Numbered from the stretch's first letter, positions 28,890 to 39,704 are shown. The stretch: DNA of 64,000 nt from an uncultured Leptospirales bacterium (GCA_964652955.1 CAZZCF010000006.1:10460-74459), one strand, 5' to 3'. Numbers and translations are program-made. The notes: a model not told the origin generated them from the sequence alone.

Positions 28890-30590
28890 ATGCTTGAATT
28901 TTTGAAAAAACTCTTTGAACAGGTGAAGGAGATATTCGGGAAACTCGATACCACCAAGAAGATAATCATCGGTGTTGTCGTCGGTGTTGTGGTGGTTGCT
29001 TTTATTGCCCTTTTCTCCATCTCAACGACAAAACCTGATGTTCTCCTCTTTGCAGAACTTACTTCTGAGGATTTCGGCCAGGTGACAAAAAAGCTTGAGG
29101 AGATGGGCTACTACTATTCGACCACCGGTACCACCTCAATATTTGTCAAGCCGAAGGAACGTGAGGTTATCCTCACGCGACTCGCACAGGAGAGCATGAT
29201 ACCAAAAGGGATTCCGGGCTGGAAGCTCTTTGATGTCTCGAAATGGACTGAGACTGACCGCGAGATCGATGTGAAGTTTATGCGGGCTCTCCGGGATGAA
29301 GTCAAAAAGCATATTGAGTCTCTGCTTAATATTGATAAGGCCGATGTTGAGATTGCTATGACCGAGGATGAGCTTTTCACCGATAAGGAAAGTCACTATA
29401 CCTCAGCGGTAACGGTGTATCTTGCTCCGGGATACGATAAGCTCAGCAAGAAGGAGATAAAGGGTATCATGTATCTTGTGTCGCGGGCGGTGGGCAGTAA
29501 ATTGAAACCGGAACATGTCACCGTGACCGATGAGTATGGCAAGATTATCTCAGATTTTGATGATGAGTATGATCAGGCAAAAGCGGAGTACACTCTGCTC
29601 GAGTATCGACGTAAGATCGAGGAGAAAGCGCGCGTTCAGATGCTCAGAGATATCAGAAACGGGCTGCAGAAGATTTATACACCCGACCGAATTCAGATTG
29701 TGCGGTTGAATCTGGACTTCAACTGGGATAAAATCACCGAAGAGAAGGAGGAGTATACTCCCATCGAGATGGAGCGGGACAATCCGGCAACGCCCTATTC
29801 GGAGCGGAAGGTTAAGGATTCACTGGTGATCTCCGAAAAATCAACCAGGGAGCACTTTCAGGGACATGGCTGGAATCCTGAGGGGCCGGCCGGGACCGAA
29901 GGAAATAAACCGCCCGGATATAAGGCGAGCGATGATCAGTATGCGAAATATGACAAGCAGGAGGACGTCAAGAATAACGCCGTTAATAAAAGTTTGAAAA
30001 AGATACAGAGAGACCCCTTTGATATCGCCAGTGTTTCGGTTGCCCTCGTCATTGACGGAGTACAGGAGCTCCCCCGGTTGCCGGATGGAAGCTATGATCT
30101 GGATCAAACGAAAAAGCCGGTTCAGATACCTCTTTCCCGTGAAGAGCTTAAGCAGGCTGAAAACATTGTCAAGAAGGCGATTAGCTTCAATGACGCACGG
30201 GGAGATCAGGTTGCGGTGGAGAACATCATGTTCGACCGAACGAAACAGTGGAATGAGCTCAGAGAGGAGTTCCTGAAACGAGAACAGATGAAGCGGATGC
30301 TCCTGGCCGCACTCGTGGGAGTTTTTGCACTCTTCCTCGGGGTGATTCTTTTCAGGGCCATCAATAAGGAGATTGCGCGGCGAAGAAGAGCTAAAGAAGA
30401 GCAGCTGGCGGCTGAGCAGCAGCGGATGCGGGAGGCCGCGCTCCGTGCTGCCGAGGAGGAGGGGATTGATGTTGAGCTCTCTCTCGAGGAGCGGGCACGG
30501 CTGGAGTTGCAGGAAAATGCTATTGCCCTGGCGCGGGAGCGACCTGATGACGTTGCTGCGCTCCTGCGAACATGGTTAGCTGAAGAATAG
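28890..30590 (+). CDS. fliF: flagellar MS-ring protein FliF
   Basis: 566 aa; N-terminal TM segment, YscJ/FliF family body, second TM segment near the C-terminus; ATG 28890 preceded by GGAGGG. Confidence 0.9.
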   Translation: MLEFLKKLFEQVKEIFGKLDTTKKIIIGVVVGVVVVAFIALFSISTTKPDVLLFAELTSEDFGQVTKKLEEMGYYYSTTGTTSIFVKPKEREVILTRLAQESMIPKGIPGWKLFDVSKWTETDREIDVKFMRALRDEVKKHIESLLNIDKADVEIAMTEDELFTDKESHYTSAVTVYLAPGYDKLSKKEIKGIMYLVSRAVGSKLKPEHVTVTDEYGKIISDFDDEYDQAKAEYTLLEYRRKIEEKARVQMLRDIRNGLQKIYTPDRIQIVRLNLDFNWDKITEEKEEYTPIEMERDNPATPYSERKVKDSLVISEKSTREHFQGHGWNPEGPAGTEGNKPPGYKASDDQYAKYDKQEDVKNNAVNKSLKKIQRDPFDIASVSVALVIDGVQELPRLPDGSYDLDQTKKPVQIPLSREELKQAENIVKKAISFNDARGDQVAVENIMFDRTKQWNELREEFLKREQMKRMLLAALVGVFALFLGVILFRAINKEIARRRRAKEEQLAAEQQRMREAALRAAEEEGIDVELSLEERARLELQENAIALARERPDDVAALLRTWLAEE

Positions 30591-30704
30591 AGGAGATGGA
30601 CTATTTTTTCATTTTGATTTGACCTTTTGTGGTGTGTCGGTGTAAATTAGTAGAGTGAGCGGTTTTAAGCATATATAATCATTGAAGGAAGCGAGAGGGG
30701 AATA

Positions 30705-31721
30705 ATGCTTCAATCGAAGAAATCACAGTTAACCGGGAGGCAGAAAGCTGCTATTTTTCTCGTTTCTCTTGGTTCGGACGTCTCTTCAGAGATTTTCAAG
30801 CACCTTCGCGAGGATGAGATTGAACAGCTGACCTTTGAGATTGCGCGACTTGATAAGATAGAACCGGAAGACAAGGATCGGGTTCTCCAGGAGTTCCAGG
30901 AGCTCATGATGGCGCAGGAGTTTATCTCTACCGGCGGCATCGATTATGCACGGGAGGTCCTTGAGCGTGCACTGGGGACGCAGAAAGCGATAGATATTGT
31001 CAACCGGTTGACATCATCATTACAGGTGCGTCCCTTTGATTTTATACGACGAACCGATCCGAGTCATCTCCTGAACTTCATCCAGGGAGAGCATCCCCAG
31101 ACGATTGCGTTGATTCTCGCCTATCTCGATCCCAATAAAGCATCTACTATCCTTTCGGGGCTCAGCCATCAGATACAGGCTGATGTGGCAAAACGGATTG
31201 CAACAATGGACAGGACCTCGCCGGATGTTCTCAGGGAAGTAGAGCGGGTCCTGGAGCGGAAGCTCTCTACCCTTGCCAGTGAGGATTACACGTCGGCGGG
31301 TGGAGTCGATGCCATTGTTGAAATACTCAATCAGGTTGACCGGGGAACGGAAAAGATTATCATTGAGGCGCTTGAAGAAGAGGATCCCGAGCTCGCTGAG
31401 GAGATCAAGAAGCGGATGTTTGTCTTTGAAGATATTGTCCTCCTCGATGACCGGTCAATTCAGAAGGTTCTTCGGGAAGTTGATACGCAGGATCTCGCCA
31501 AGGCGCTCAAGGGTGTTGATACCGAGGTTCAGGAGAAGATTTTCCGTAATATGTCGAAGAGAGCGTCATCCCTCCTGCGTGAGGATATGGATTTCATGGG
31601 GCCGATTCGCCTTCGAGATGTGGAAGAAGCACAGCAGAAGATTGTTAATATTATTAGAAAACTTGAAGATGCCGGCGATATTATTGTCGCACGTGCCGGC
31701 GAGGAGGAATTAGTTGTCTAA
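30705..31721 (+). CDS. fliG: flagellar motor switch protein FliG
   Basis: FliG N/M/C domains (KAAIFLVSLG ... EIARL ... IVARAGEEE); 338 aa. Confidence 0.9.
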   Translation: MLQSKKSQLTGRQKAAIFLVSLGSDVSSEIFKHLREDEIEQLTFEIARLDKIEPEDKDRVLQEFQELMMAQEFISTGGIDYAREVLERALGTQKAIDIVNRLTSSLQVRPFDFIRRTDPSHLLNFIQGEHPQTIALILAYLDPNKASTILSGLSHQIQADVAKRIATMDRTSPDVLREVERVLERKLSTLASEDYTSAGGVDAIVEILNQVDRGTEKIIIEALEEEDPELAEEIKKRMFVFEDIVLLDDRSIQKVLREVDTQDLAKALKGVDTEVQEKIFRNMSKRASSLLREDMDFMGPIRLRDVEEAQQKIVNIIRKLEDAGDIIVARAGEEELVV

Positions 31722-32640
31722 GCTTGTTTTTAAACCCAACGAGATCAAGGTTACCGATTCTTTTAAACAGGTTGAGCTTCCCGACAAATATAAGAAAAAT
31801 GTTATGACCGATGAGGAGTTCAAGGAGTTTGAGGTCGATGAAGACGGTAATCCCATTGATGTCTATCAGGGGCCGTCCATTGAGGAGATGGAGGCTGAGC
31901 TTGAGCGCTATCGGCGTGAAACGGAAGAAGAAGTAAACCGGATGCTCGAAGAGGCCAAGGGTCGGGCAAAGCAGATAGAGGAGGATGGGAAGAAGGCAGC
32001 TTTTAAAGAGCTGCAGGATGCGCGGGAACAGATAAAGGAAGAGATGGAGAAATTTCGCGCTGACTCAGAGCGTGAGATAGAGCGAGGCAAATTCGAAGCT
32101 GAGAAGATGATCAAGGAAGCCGAGCTCAAGGTTTCGGAGATCGAGCATGAAGCATATAAGAAGGGATATGAGGCAGGCCGCGAGGAGGGCTATAAGGAAG
32201 GGCAGGCCGAGGTAATGCGGCTTATCGACAGGCTGGGGACCATTGTATCGACTGCCGTTGATATTCGTGATGACATCATCCGATCGTCTGAGAGGTTGAT
32301 GACGGAGATGATCCTGATGATTGCCCGCAAGGTTATCAAAGATGAAATCGTCGAGCGGCGTGAGGTTGTCATCAACAATATCAAGGAGGCGATAAAGCGC
32401 GTGAAGGATCGGGATCGAATTGATGTACGGGTGAACTTCGCCGATCTCGACATGACCACCGCGCATAAGGATGAGCTCATCAAGATGATGGAGTCTCTGA
32501 AAAAGGTTAATATCTATGAGGATTCGCGCGTTGAGCGGGGCGGATGTATCATCGAAACTGATGTGGGAGCGATTGATGCGCGAATATCAACACAGCTTGA
32601 CACAATAGAGGAAGCCATACGGAACACCAGTACCCTTTAG
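31714..32640 (+). CDS. fliH: flagellar assembly protein FliH
   Basis: Charged coiled-coil N-terminal half and FliH-type C-terminal domain; overlaps the fliG stop; TTG start. Confidence 0.7.
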   Translation: MSKLVFKPNEIKVTDSFKQVELPDKYKKNVMTDEEFKEFEVDEDGNPIDVYQGPSIEEMEAELERYRRETEEEVNRMLEEAKGRAKQIEEDGKKAAFKELQDAREQIKEEMEKFRADSEREIERGKFEAEKMIKEAELKVSEIEHEAYKKGYEAGREEGYKEGQAEVMRLIDRLGTIVSTAVDIRDDIIRSSERLMTEMILMIARKVIKDEIVERREVVINNIKEAIKRVKDRDRIDVRVNFADLDMTTAHKDELIKMMESLKKVNIYEDSRVERGGCIIETDVGAIDARISTQLDTIEEAIRNTSTL

Positions 32641-32691
32641 CGGGTTCTCTTTACGCAGCAGGATATGAAGCATCTGACCAGGAGTTTATGA

Positions 32692-34101
32692 ATGATAAGA
32701 ATTCTACCCTACGATAGAGTTGATATTCTCTCGAAGTATAAGAAGCTCATTGATGAGGTCGAGGTTATCAGGTTTACCGGCAGGGTTGAGCGGATTGTCG
32801 GACTGACCATCGAATCTGTGGGGCCGGCTGTTCAGCAGGGTGAGATATGCCGGATACGGCGTGACAATGGAGAGTCTCTTTATGCAGAGGTTGTCGGATT
32901 CAATAAGAATCGGGTGATGCTCATGCCAATCGGTGATATGCGGGGCATTGTGCCGGGCGCCGAAGTCGTTGCTGCAGGTACCGCCCTGATGGTTCAGGTT
33001 GGCGAGGAGTTGCTTGGCCGTGTTATCTCAGGGGTCGGCGAACCCCTTGACGGGCGAGGCCCCCTGTTCACCAAAGAGCTCTATCCCGTTGACAGCAAAC
33101 CGATGAATCCGCTGGAACGGATAGTCATTGACCAGCCGCTGTCGGTCGGAATACGTGCCATTGATGGTCTCCTCACTATCGGCAAGGGACAGCGTATCGG
33201 AATTTTCTCAGGTTCAGGTGTCGGCAAATCGACGCTCCTTGCCATGATAGCACGGAATACGGCCGCCGATGTGAATGTTATTGCACTCATCGGCGAGCGG
33301 GGGAGAGAGGTAAAGGACTTTGTCGAGAAAGAGCTCGGTGCCGAAGGTTTGAAGCGCTCCGTGGTCATTGCAGCGGCATCCAATCAGCCGCCGATGATGA
33401 GACTGCGGGGAGCATTTCTGGCCCACGCCATTGCCGAATATTTCAGAGACCAGGGGCTCGATGTTAACATCCTCATGGATTCGGTAACCCGTTTTGCAAT
33501 GGCGCAGCGTGAGGTTGGGCTCGCCAGGGGAGAGCCCGCTGCAACGAGAGGATATCCCCCCTCTGTTTTTTCTCTGCTGCCGATTCTTCTGGAGCGGTCG
33601 GGGACGCGCGAAGGTGGTGGAAGCATAACCGGTTTTTACAATGTCCTGGTTGAGGCGGATGATATGAACGAACCGATTTCTGATGCGGTCAGAGGAGTGC
33701 TGGACGGTCATATCGTTCTCAATCGGAGCCTCGCACACCGAAACCATTATCCGGCAATCGATGTTTTGGAATCGATCTCGCGGTGCATGAAAGATGTTAT
33801 TGATGATGAACACAAGGGTGCGGCTGAGCGGTTTCGTGAGCTGCTGGCAGCATATAGGGATAAGGAGGATCTGATACTCCTGAACGCCTATCCGCGGGGA
33901 TCGGATCCCATTGTAGACAAGGCGATTGATATGATGGATCAGATCAACGCTTTCCTTCGTCAGGGAATATACGAGAAGGATTCTTTTGAGAATATCAGAA
34001 CAAGGCTTATTTCTTTGTTCCATGAGGGCGATAAAAATTTTGGCCCTCCTCAGGATTATGTCGCACAGCCCTTCTATTCGCCGAATCGTGGTGAGAGATA
34101 G
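32692..34101 (+). CDS. fliI: flagellum-specific ATPase FliI
   Basis: Walker A GSGVGKST; F1/T3SS ATPase family; 469 aa. Confidence 0.9.
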   Translation: MIRILPYDRVDILSKYKKLIDEVEVIRFTGRVERIVGLTIESVGPAVQQGEICRIRRDNGESLYAEVVGFNKNRVMLMPIGDMRGIVPGAEVVAAGTALMVQVGEELLGRVISGVGEPLDGRGPLFTKELYPVDSKPMNPLERIVIDQPLSVGIRAIDGLLTIGKGQRIGIFSGSGVGKSTLLAMIARNTAADVNVIALIGERGREVKDFVEKELGAEGLKRSVVIAAASNQPPMMRLRGAFLAHAIAEYFRDQGLDVNILMDSVTRFAMAQREVGLARGEPAATRGYPPSVFSLLPILLERSGTREGGGSITGFYNVLVEADDMNEPISDAVRGVLDGHIVLNRSLAHRNHYPAIDVLESISRCMKDVIDDEHKGAAERFRELLAAYRDKEDLILLNAYPRGSDPIVDKAIDMMDQINAFLRQGIYEKDSFENIRTRLISLFHEGDKNFGPPQDYVAQPFYSPNRGER

Positions 34102-34117
34102 TGAATACGTATAGCAG

Positions 34118-34621
34118 GTGAATATGCGCCGATTCCGTTTTCAACTGCAGACACTCCTGGAGTTGCGGGAGGTTAAGGAGAAGGAGATACAGAATGAGCT
34201 CTCTCGGTTAGTTAATATTCAGAATCGCGAGAGAATAAAACAGGAGGATTACCGGAAGAGAATTGTCGATGAGAGCGAGAAATTTAACCGGAAGATGAGA
34301 GAGGGCCAGTATTCCTACTCTGAGGCGGTGATGTTTGAGCGGTTTGTCGATTTTGCAAATCGTGTCATTGTCAACGCTCAGGCAAAGATCGACAGTATGG
34401 AGCCTGAGATTCAGCGAGTCAGAGAACGGCTCATTGAGGCGACCAAGGAACGGCGCGTAATCGAGCGTCTGAAAGAAAAGCGGTGGAATGAGTATCTCTA
34501 TGAGTTGAATCGAGAGATACAGAAGGAGCAGGACGATTTGAATCAGCGGATGTATCTCATGAGGAAGATCGGCTCATCAGCACTCCCTGAGAGCGGGGGA
34601 ACACAGTACGGAGCAGAGTGA
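34118..34621 (+). CDS. fliJ: flagellar export chaperone FliJ (coiled-coil)
   Basis: 167-aa coiled-coil protein immediately after fliI (conserved position); FliJ-like N-terminus RFRFQLQTLLELRE. Confidence 0.55.
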   Translation: MNMRRFRFQLQTLLELREVKEKEIQNELSRLVNIQNRERIKQEDYRKRIVDESEKFNRKMREGQYSYSEAVMFERFVDFANRVIVNAQAKIDSMEPEIQRVRERLIEATKERRVIERLKEKRWNEYLYELNREIQKEQDDLNQRMYLMRKIGSSALPESGGTQYGAE

Positions 34622-35202
34622 AGGATCCCATGATTGAAGATATGTATGCGGTTATGCAGCGCATCAGTGAAATAAAGAAGCGGTTCGGTTTACAGCGAAG
34701 AGAAGTTCTCCCCGGCCCCGAACGGTCCTTTCAACAAGAGACCGAGCAACGCCTCCGGGAGACGAAGTCTCAGGAAACCAAACAGATCGAACCGAAACCG
34801 GCTGCTGAGAAATACTCGGTTGGCCAGATAAAGGATCTGGTCCAGATCTATGCAAAAAAGATGGGTGTTCCGGTTTCACTGATCAATGCAGTGATTGAGA
34901 AAGAATCCGGGTTCAATCAGTACGCCGTATCCGTAAAAGGTGCAAAGGGACTTATGCAGCTCATGCCGGAGGTGATGCGTCAGGTGAATGTATCAAATCC
35001 CTTTGTGCCCGAGGAGAATATTCGCGGTGGAATCGCGCATTTAAAACGATTGCTTGTAAAATACGACTGGGATTATAAAAAGGCGCTCGCCGCCTATAAT
35101 GCCGGTGAAGGTGTTGTTGACAGCAGAGGAATACCACCCTATCGGGAAACGAGAGAATATATCAGGAAGGTCATTGATGCATATGTTCAGAATAGTGAAT
35201 AG
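34618..35202 (+). CDS. lytic transglycosylase (SLT domain) protein, likely flagellum-associated peptidoglycan hydrolase
   Basis: SLT catalytic region (ESGFNQYAVSVKGAKGLMQLMP ... AYNAGEG); overlaps the fliJ stop. Confidence 0.65.
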   Translation: MKDPMIEDMYAVMQRISEIKKRFGLQRREVLPGPERSFQQETEQRLRETKSQETKQIEPKPAAEKYSVGQIKDLVQIYAKKMGVPVSLINAVIEKESGFNQYAVSVKGAKGLMQLMPEVMRQVNVSNPFVPEENIRGGIAHLKRLLVKYDWDYKKALAAYNAGEGVVDSRGIPPYRETREYIRKVIDAYVQNSE

Positions 35203-35268
35203 CTGCACCTCCCGTCCTGGCGCGCTCTCTTCTGAGAGATACTGAATCACTGCCTTTGGAGTACAGTC

Positions 35269-35868
35269 ATGAGAAGGATAGCCGAGAAAACAAAGATCAT
35301 TTACTTATTATTGCTAATAGTTTTTGTCCTTGTTGTTGGATTCCTCTGGCTTGATTATATCGGCTTTATCAACCTCGCCAGGATCACGGGCAAATACTAT
35401 ACCGAGGAAGCTCCTTCAGTGCTTGATGCGGCTGATGATGAGCCCTCCCTCATCGAACGGGAAGAATTCGAGAAAGAGAAGCAGAAATTTCTTGAGCGTG
35501 TTGAGGATCTCGACAAGCGGGAGATGCAGATAGTCGCTGCTGAAAAAGATCTCGATGCAGAACGGGAGAAGCTTGAAGAGGTAAAGAAGGGATTGGACCT
35601 CGAGAAGCGGAAATTGGAAAATGAGAAGAAGAGATATTCGGGATATAAGAAGAATGTGGTTACGCTGGCACAGAAGATCGAGAGCATGAGACCCGAGGAA
35701 GCGGTGGAGATCATGGTCAAATGGGAGGAGCCGCTCATTATTGATGTGCTGCGGCAGATCGATGCGAATGCTGAAGAGGCCGGGAGGACCAGTATCACCT
35801 CATATCTTATATCACTCATGCCACGCGAGAAGGCGAGCAGAATCATGTATCTGATGACACAGCTCTAA
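35269..35868 (+). CDS. FlbB/YlxF-like flagellar-associated protein (N-terminal TM anchor, charged coiled coil, MgtE_N-like C-terminus)
   Basis: Single N-terminal TM helix, E/K-rich coiled coil, C-terminal helical domain; position after fliJ as for FlbB in spirochaete flgB operons. Confidence 0.35.
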   Translation: MRRIAEKTKIIYLLLLIVFVLVVGFLWLDYIGFINLARITGKYYTEEAPSVLDAADDEPSLIEREEFEKEKQKFLERVEDLDKREMQIVAAEKDLDAEREKLEEVKKGLDLEKRKLENEKKRYSGYKKNVVTLAQKIESMRPEEAVEIMVKWEEPLIIDVLRQIDANAEEAGRTSITSYLISLMPREKASRIMYLMTQL

Positions 35869-36038
35869 AACGTCTCCACCCTGCTGTGAAATATTCCCCA
35901 TAGATGAAATCACTTCGCAGGTCGAATTATTATTGACCTGTGTACGTATGAGCGTTATGCTTCACTCTGCTGGGCGTCAGTTCCAGTATGTCTTGAGATG
36001 ATTACATTTCAGAGGTCTGAAAATTCGAAGGAGCTCAA

Positions 36039-37244
36039 ATGAAAAGGGTGACCATGAGAATATACTCCCGGGGCGCAGTGATGCTATTATTCGCTGCGAT
36101 GCTTCTGTGCTCCTGTGCATACAAGGCACAGGAGGTTGGTGGCACCAGAAAGTATTATGACAAGGAATCGACCAGCGAGTACAAAACAAAAAAACTCGAG
36201 GAAAAAAAGGAATCTCTCAGAGATGAAGGATATCCGCGTGAGCCTGAAGCAGAACGCGAAGAGGAAAAGCCGAAGGAGCGATTGGTTATATATGTCGCCG
36301 AATACTCTCTGCACGTGGAGAGTGTTCGGCAGGCCATGCGTGAGTTCACAGCCCTTGTTGCCCGATGTAACGGTTTCATTGAATCGGCGGTAACCTCCGA
36401 TTCCTATCGATATGCAAAGGTCGTGCTCCGGGTGCCGGTGAAGAGCTTCGAGGATACCCTCAGGATGATTGAACGGATGGGAACCGTAACCGAAAGAAAG
36501 GTAACAGCGTCGGATGTTACCATGGAGTACAGTGATATCTCTCTGCGGTTGGAGAGCGCAAAGAAAGTACGGCAACGATTATACGATCTCCTGAAGCGCG
36601 TAAAGAAGGTTAAGGAGCGGGTGGAGATCCTCAAGGAGATTGAACGGTTGACAACTGTCATTGACTCGCTCTCTTCTCGAATGAAATACCTCGAGAACCG
36701 ATCACGATATTCTACCATAGTTATTCATATGAGAGCCAAGGTGAAGGACGTGGTGAGGCAGTTTATTCCATCACCTTTTCCCTGGATAGCTGCACTGGAC
36801 CCCTCTCGGCGCTCTCTTTTCGATGATGGTAGTGACCTCTCCTTTGAAAGACCGTTAGGCTTTTTCTTTCTTGAAAAAGAGTTCTACCGGGAGAAAAGCA
36901 GCGCCTTCCTCTTTGTCACGCCGGATCAATCAACGGGCATTCGTATCGGCATTGTCGAGAATTACCCTCCTGCGGATCTGAAATTCTGGCACGAGGCATT
37001 TGCCATTGATTTACAGAATAGGATGTACAAGGTCCTCGCTGCGGATGAGCTCTCCGGAAAACACCGATTGAAGTTCAAGCGGTATAGTGTTCAGCTCAGC
37101 AGTGGGGAACGCTCTGTTGTTGCCTTTGCTGTCAGCGGGGATAGGATTATCGTCATCGAGGCTCGTTTTGCTGACGAGAAGAACTATGCGAGCTACAATA
37201 GTGCCCTTGAAAAATTTATCCTGTCGACGGAGTTGAAGAAATGA
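36039..37244 (+). CDS. lipoprotein, DUF4349-like N-terminal half plus a C-terminal domain paralogous to ORF 37918-38385
   Basis: Lipobox (LLCSCAY); coiled-coil and sheet pattern like DUF4349; C-terminal half (VIEARFADEKNYASYNSALEKFILSTE) resembles the downstream 155-aa lipoprotein. Confidence 0.4.
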   Translation: MKRVTMRIYSRGAVMLLFAAMLLCSCAYKAQEVGGTRKYYDKESTSEYKTKKLEEKKESLRDEGYPREPEAEREEEKPKERLVIYVAEYSLHVESVRQAMREFTALVARCNGFIESAVTSDSYRYAKVVLRVPVKSFEDTLRMIERMGTVTERKVTASDVTMEYSDISLRLESAKKVRQRLYDLLKRVKKVKERVEILKEIERLTTVIDSLSSRMKYLENRSRYSTIVIHMRAKVKDVVRQFIPSPFPWIAALDPSRRSLFDDGSDLSFERPLGFFFLEKEFYREKSSAFLFVTPDQSTGIRIGIVENYPPADLKFWHEAFAIDLQNRMYKVLAADELSGKHRLKFKRYSVQLSSGERSVVAFAVSGDRIIVIEARFADEKNYASYNSALEKFILSTELKK

Positions 37245-37828
37245 GATATGTGATCGGTATTGTTCTTTTCATCGTATTTTCATGTACCCTTCTTGCAGGG
37301 GGAGAGAACTTTATCCTTACGTATACGTACTCGGTGATGTCAAGCGATTCGGAGGCAATGATTGACATGTTGCGGAAGATAGCACGGTATCAGGGTGGAT
37401 ATGTAAAGTTCTTCTCTCGTAATAAGGTTATCATCCGGCTCCCCCGTGAACATGTTGAGCGCATACGAGGTTATCTCTCTCAGGCGGGATTTATCGCTGA
37501 TGAGAGACGTGCACAGAGTGATGTTTCGGAGACACTGCTTGACTTACAGACGAAATTGACAGTGAAGAAGCAGTTCTTGAAAAAGCTGTATGCCATCTTC
37601 GAGAGCGCTCAGTTCACGCAGACCCTTGCAGTTGAACGCGAGGTGGGAAAGGCTATTATGGAGATAGAAAAAATAAAGGGGCAGATCGCTTACTATCAGG
37701 ATCGGGTTTCACTGACTGAAGTAACGGTCATTATCAATGAGCGGAGCGGTTTAAAGAAGAGGAAAATGAGCACGCAGTGGGACTGGATCAGAAAGCTTGG
37801 CATAGAGAAACTGATTGCTGATTTTTAA
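37241..37828 (+). CDS. DUF4349-like coiled-coil protein
   Basis: Overlaps the upstream stop; sequence pattern parallels the N-terminal half of 36039-37244. Confidence 0.35.
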   Translation: MRYVIGIVLFIVFSCTLLAGGENFILTYTYSVMSSDSEAMIDMLRKIARYQGGYVKFFSRNKVIIRLPREHVERIRGYLSQAGFIADERRAQSDVSETLLDLQTKLTVKKQFLKKLYAIFESAQFTQTLAVEREVGKAIMEIEKIKGQIAYYQDRVSLTEVTVIINERSGLKKRKMSTQWDWIRKLGIEKLIADF

Positions 37829-37917
37829 CATGACGGTAATGAGAGTTCTCAGATTGTATTGCAGCGCAGGAATGTATAAGCTCGATTCCGCGGATTTTAA
37901 TTGTCAGAGAGGAAGCC

Positions 37918-38385
37918 ATGCGTTTTCTTGAGAAATGCCTTTTTCTTCTTATAGCCATAGTCGTCGCGGGTGGTTGTGAAACGAGTTATACCTATCGTGT
38001 AAAAACACCGGAGGGCTTCGCAGCGTATACGAGGGAGAAGACCTATTACAAGGCAATCTCAGCTGACGGCGTCAGGATCCGCGTTTATACGGTACAGAAC
38101 GATCCGCCCGGCGACCTGAAGATGTGGCAGGGAGCGATCGCTCATTACCTGAAGGGTATCGGGTATCATCTTCAGGATCAGAAGGAAGTGACAGCTTCTG
38201 ATGGCCTGAAAGGGGATTATACGGAGTATCTCTACAGATACAATAGTCGTAACTATATCTATTCGCTCACCCTCTTCATCAGCGGTGATACGATCTATGT
38301 CCTCGAAGCCGGTGGAATTGAAAAGGAGTATCGCGAGCGAAAGAGCGTTCTTGAGAAGATGATTGCAGGATTCTCAACGAAGTAG
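37918..38385 (+). CDS. lipoprotein (155 aa), paralogous to the C-terminal domain of 36039-37244
   Basis: Lipobox (VVAGGCETS); shared motifs (YVLEAGGIEKEY ... KSVLEKMIAGF). Confidence 0.4.
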   Translation: MRFLEKCLFLLIAIVVAGGCETSYTYRVKTPEGFAAYTREKTYYKAISADGVRIRVYTVQNDPPGDLKMWQGAIAHYLKGIGYHLQDQKEVTASDGLKGDYTEYLYRYNSRNYIYSLTLFISGDTIYVLEAGGIEKEYRERKSVLEKMIAGFSTK

Positions 38386-38982
38386 ATTATTGCCCTCCTT
38401 CGGCGGGGGTGTCTCGAAAAGTGAGAGGAGTTCTATTCTCCCTTCCCCCGTTTTTGCCGAGGTCATAAAGAGAGAGTCGGTATCTATCAGAAGCGCTTGT
38501 GCGATATCCCGGATCCTTGCATGCCGCTGGTTCTTGGAAAGCTTATCAGATTTCGTTACTGTAATGACGGTGGGGATGCCCTTTTCCGAGAGAAGGGTAA
38601 TAATATCCCGCTCGAACTCATCGGGTATTCTGCGGATATCGACAAGCAGGAATACGATCCGAAGATTATCACGGCTGTTTATGTATTCACGGATAAGCGG
38701 CAGGAAGGTTCTTCTGAGCTCCCGCGGGAGTTTTGCATACCCGAATCCCGGGAGATCGGCTACGGAAAGGGAATCATTGATAAGCAGAAAATTGATGGTG
38801 CGTGTTACGCCGGGCTTGGAACCGACCTTGACGAGAGCCTTTCTGTTGAGCATCATATTTATCAGCGAGGATTTACCCACATTTGATCTTCCCATAAAGG
38901 CGAATTCGGGGAAGGTATAGTCGGGAAACTCCTTTGCCTGGGTACAGCTCTTCAGGAATTCTGCCTTTTTTATTCTCATCAT
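38374..38982 (-). CDS. engB: ribosome biogenesis GTP-binding protein EngB/YihA
   Basis: G1 GRSNVGKSS, G3 DLPGFG, NKSDK-type G4 (TKSDK). Confidence 0.85.
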   Translation of the reverse strand: MMRIKKAEFLKSCTQAKEFPDYTFPEFAFMGRSNVGKSSLINMMLNRKALVKVGSKPGVTRTINFLLINDSLSVADLPGFGYAKLPRELRRTFLPLIREYINSRDNLRIVFLLVDIRRIPDEFERDIITLLSEKGIPTVITVTKSDKLSKNQRHARIRDIAQALLIDTDSLFMTSAKTGEGRIELLSLFETPPPKEGNNLLR

Positions 38983-39434
38983 CTTGGCGGTATTTCCTTC
39001 TTCATGAGAATAGCATCTTCACGGAGATAGTAGTTTTCTCTCCTGCCGATTTCAACGAAACCGTTTTTCCGGTAAAAGGTAAGAGCACTGCTATTGTGCT
39101 CGCGTACCTCAAGGTGTATTTCCTGTGCCTCAGGCGGTACCTTTGCAATGAGGAATTGCAGTAATGCCGTGCCTATACCGTGCAATCGGAATTCAGGTTT
39201 CACTGCTATTTTATTGAGCTGTATTTCGCTTTTCACATTCCACGCGATAATATAGGCGATGATTTCCCTTTTGCTTTCAGCAACGTAGAAGAGCGAGAAG
39301 GGCAATTGCAGTTCTCTGAGAAAGCTTATCTGTTTCCACGGTTTCGTAAAAGACCGATTTTCAATCAGATATATCGGTGCGAGATCCCTTTTCCGGGCAC
39401 GACGGATACGGTACATAAGAGTGCTCTTGATCAT
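38979..39434 (-). CDS. rimI: GNAT N-acetyltransferase (RimI-like ribosomal-protein-alanine acetyltransferase)
   Basis: GNAT motif A (RLHGIGTALL); 151 aa; coupled to engB. Confidence 0.6.
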   Translation of the reverse strand: MIKSTLMYRIRRARKRDLAPIYLIENRSFTKPWKQISFLRELQLPFSLFYVAESKREIIAYIIAWNVKSEIQLNKIAVKPEFRLHGIGTALLQFLIAKVPPEAQEIHLEVREHNSSALTFYRKNGFVEIGRRENYYLREDAILMKKEIPPR

Positions 39435-39704
39435 ATAGCGCTACTGCCACATCTATCAACAGAATGGCGCATTGTAAATCAATAAAAAAAATCGGTTTTC
39501 ATACGATTTTCCGAAAATGATAAATTCGCTTGCAATGTGGGTGAATAAATGCAAATATATATGTCGATAAAAGTATATATTTTTTTCGAATAATTCTGTA
39601 CCCTTCCGCTTTGCGGAACAGCGGGTGGGAGGGCATGCATTCTCCGGCTCTTATATTTCATTCACGCTGCAAGTTTAATTGCATTCCTGTTATGAGGAGG
39701 GGCG

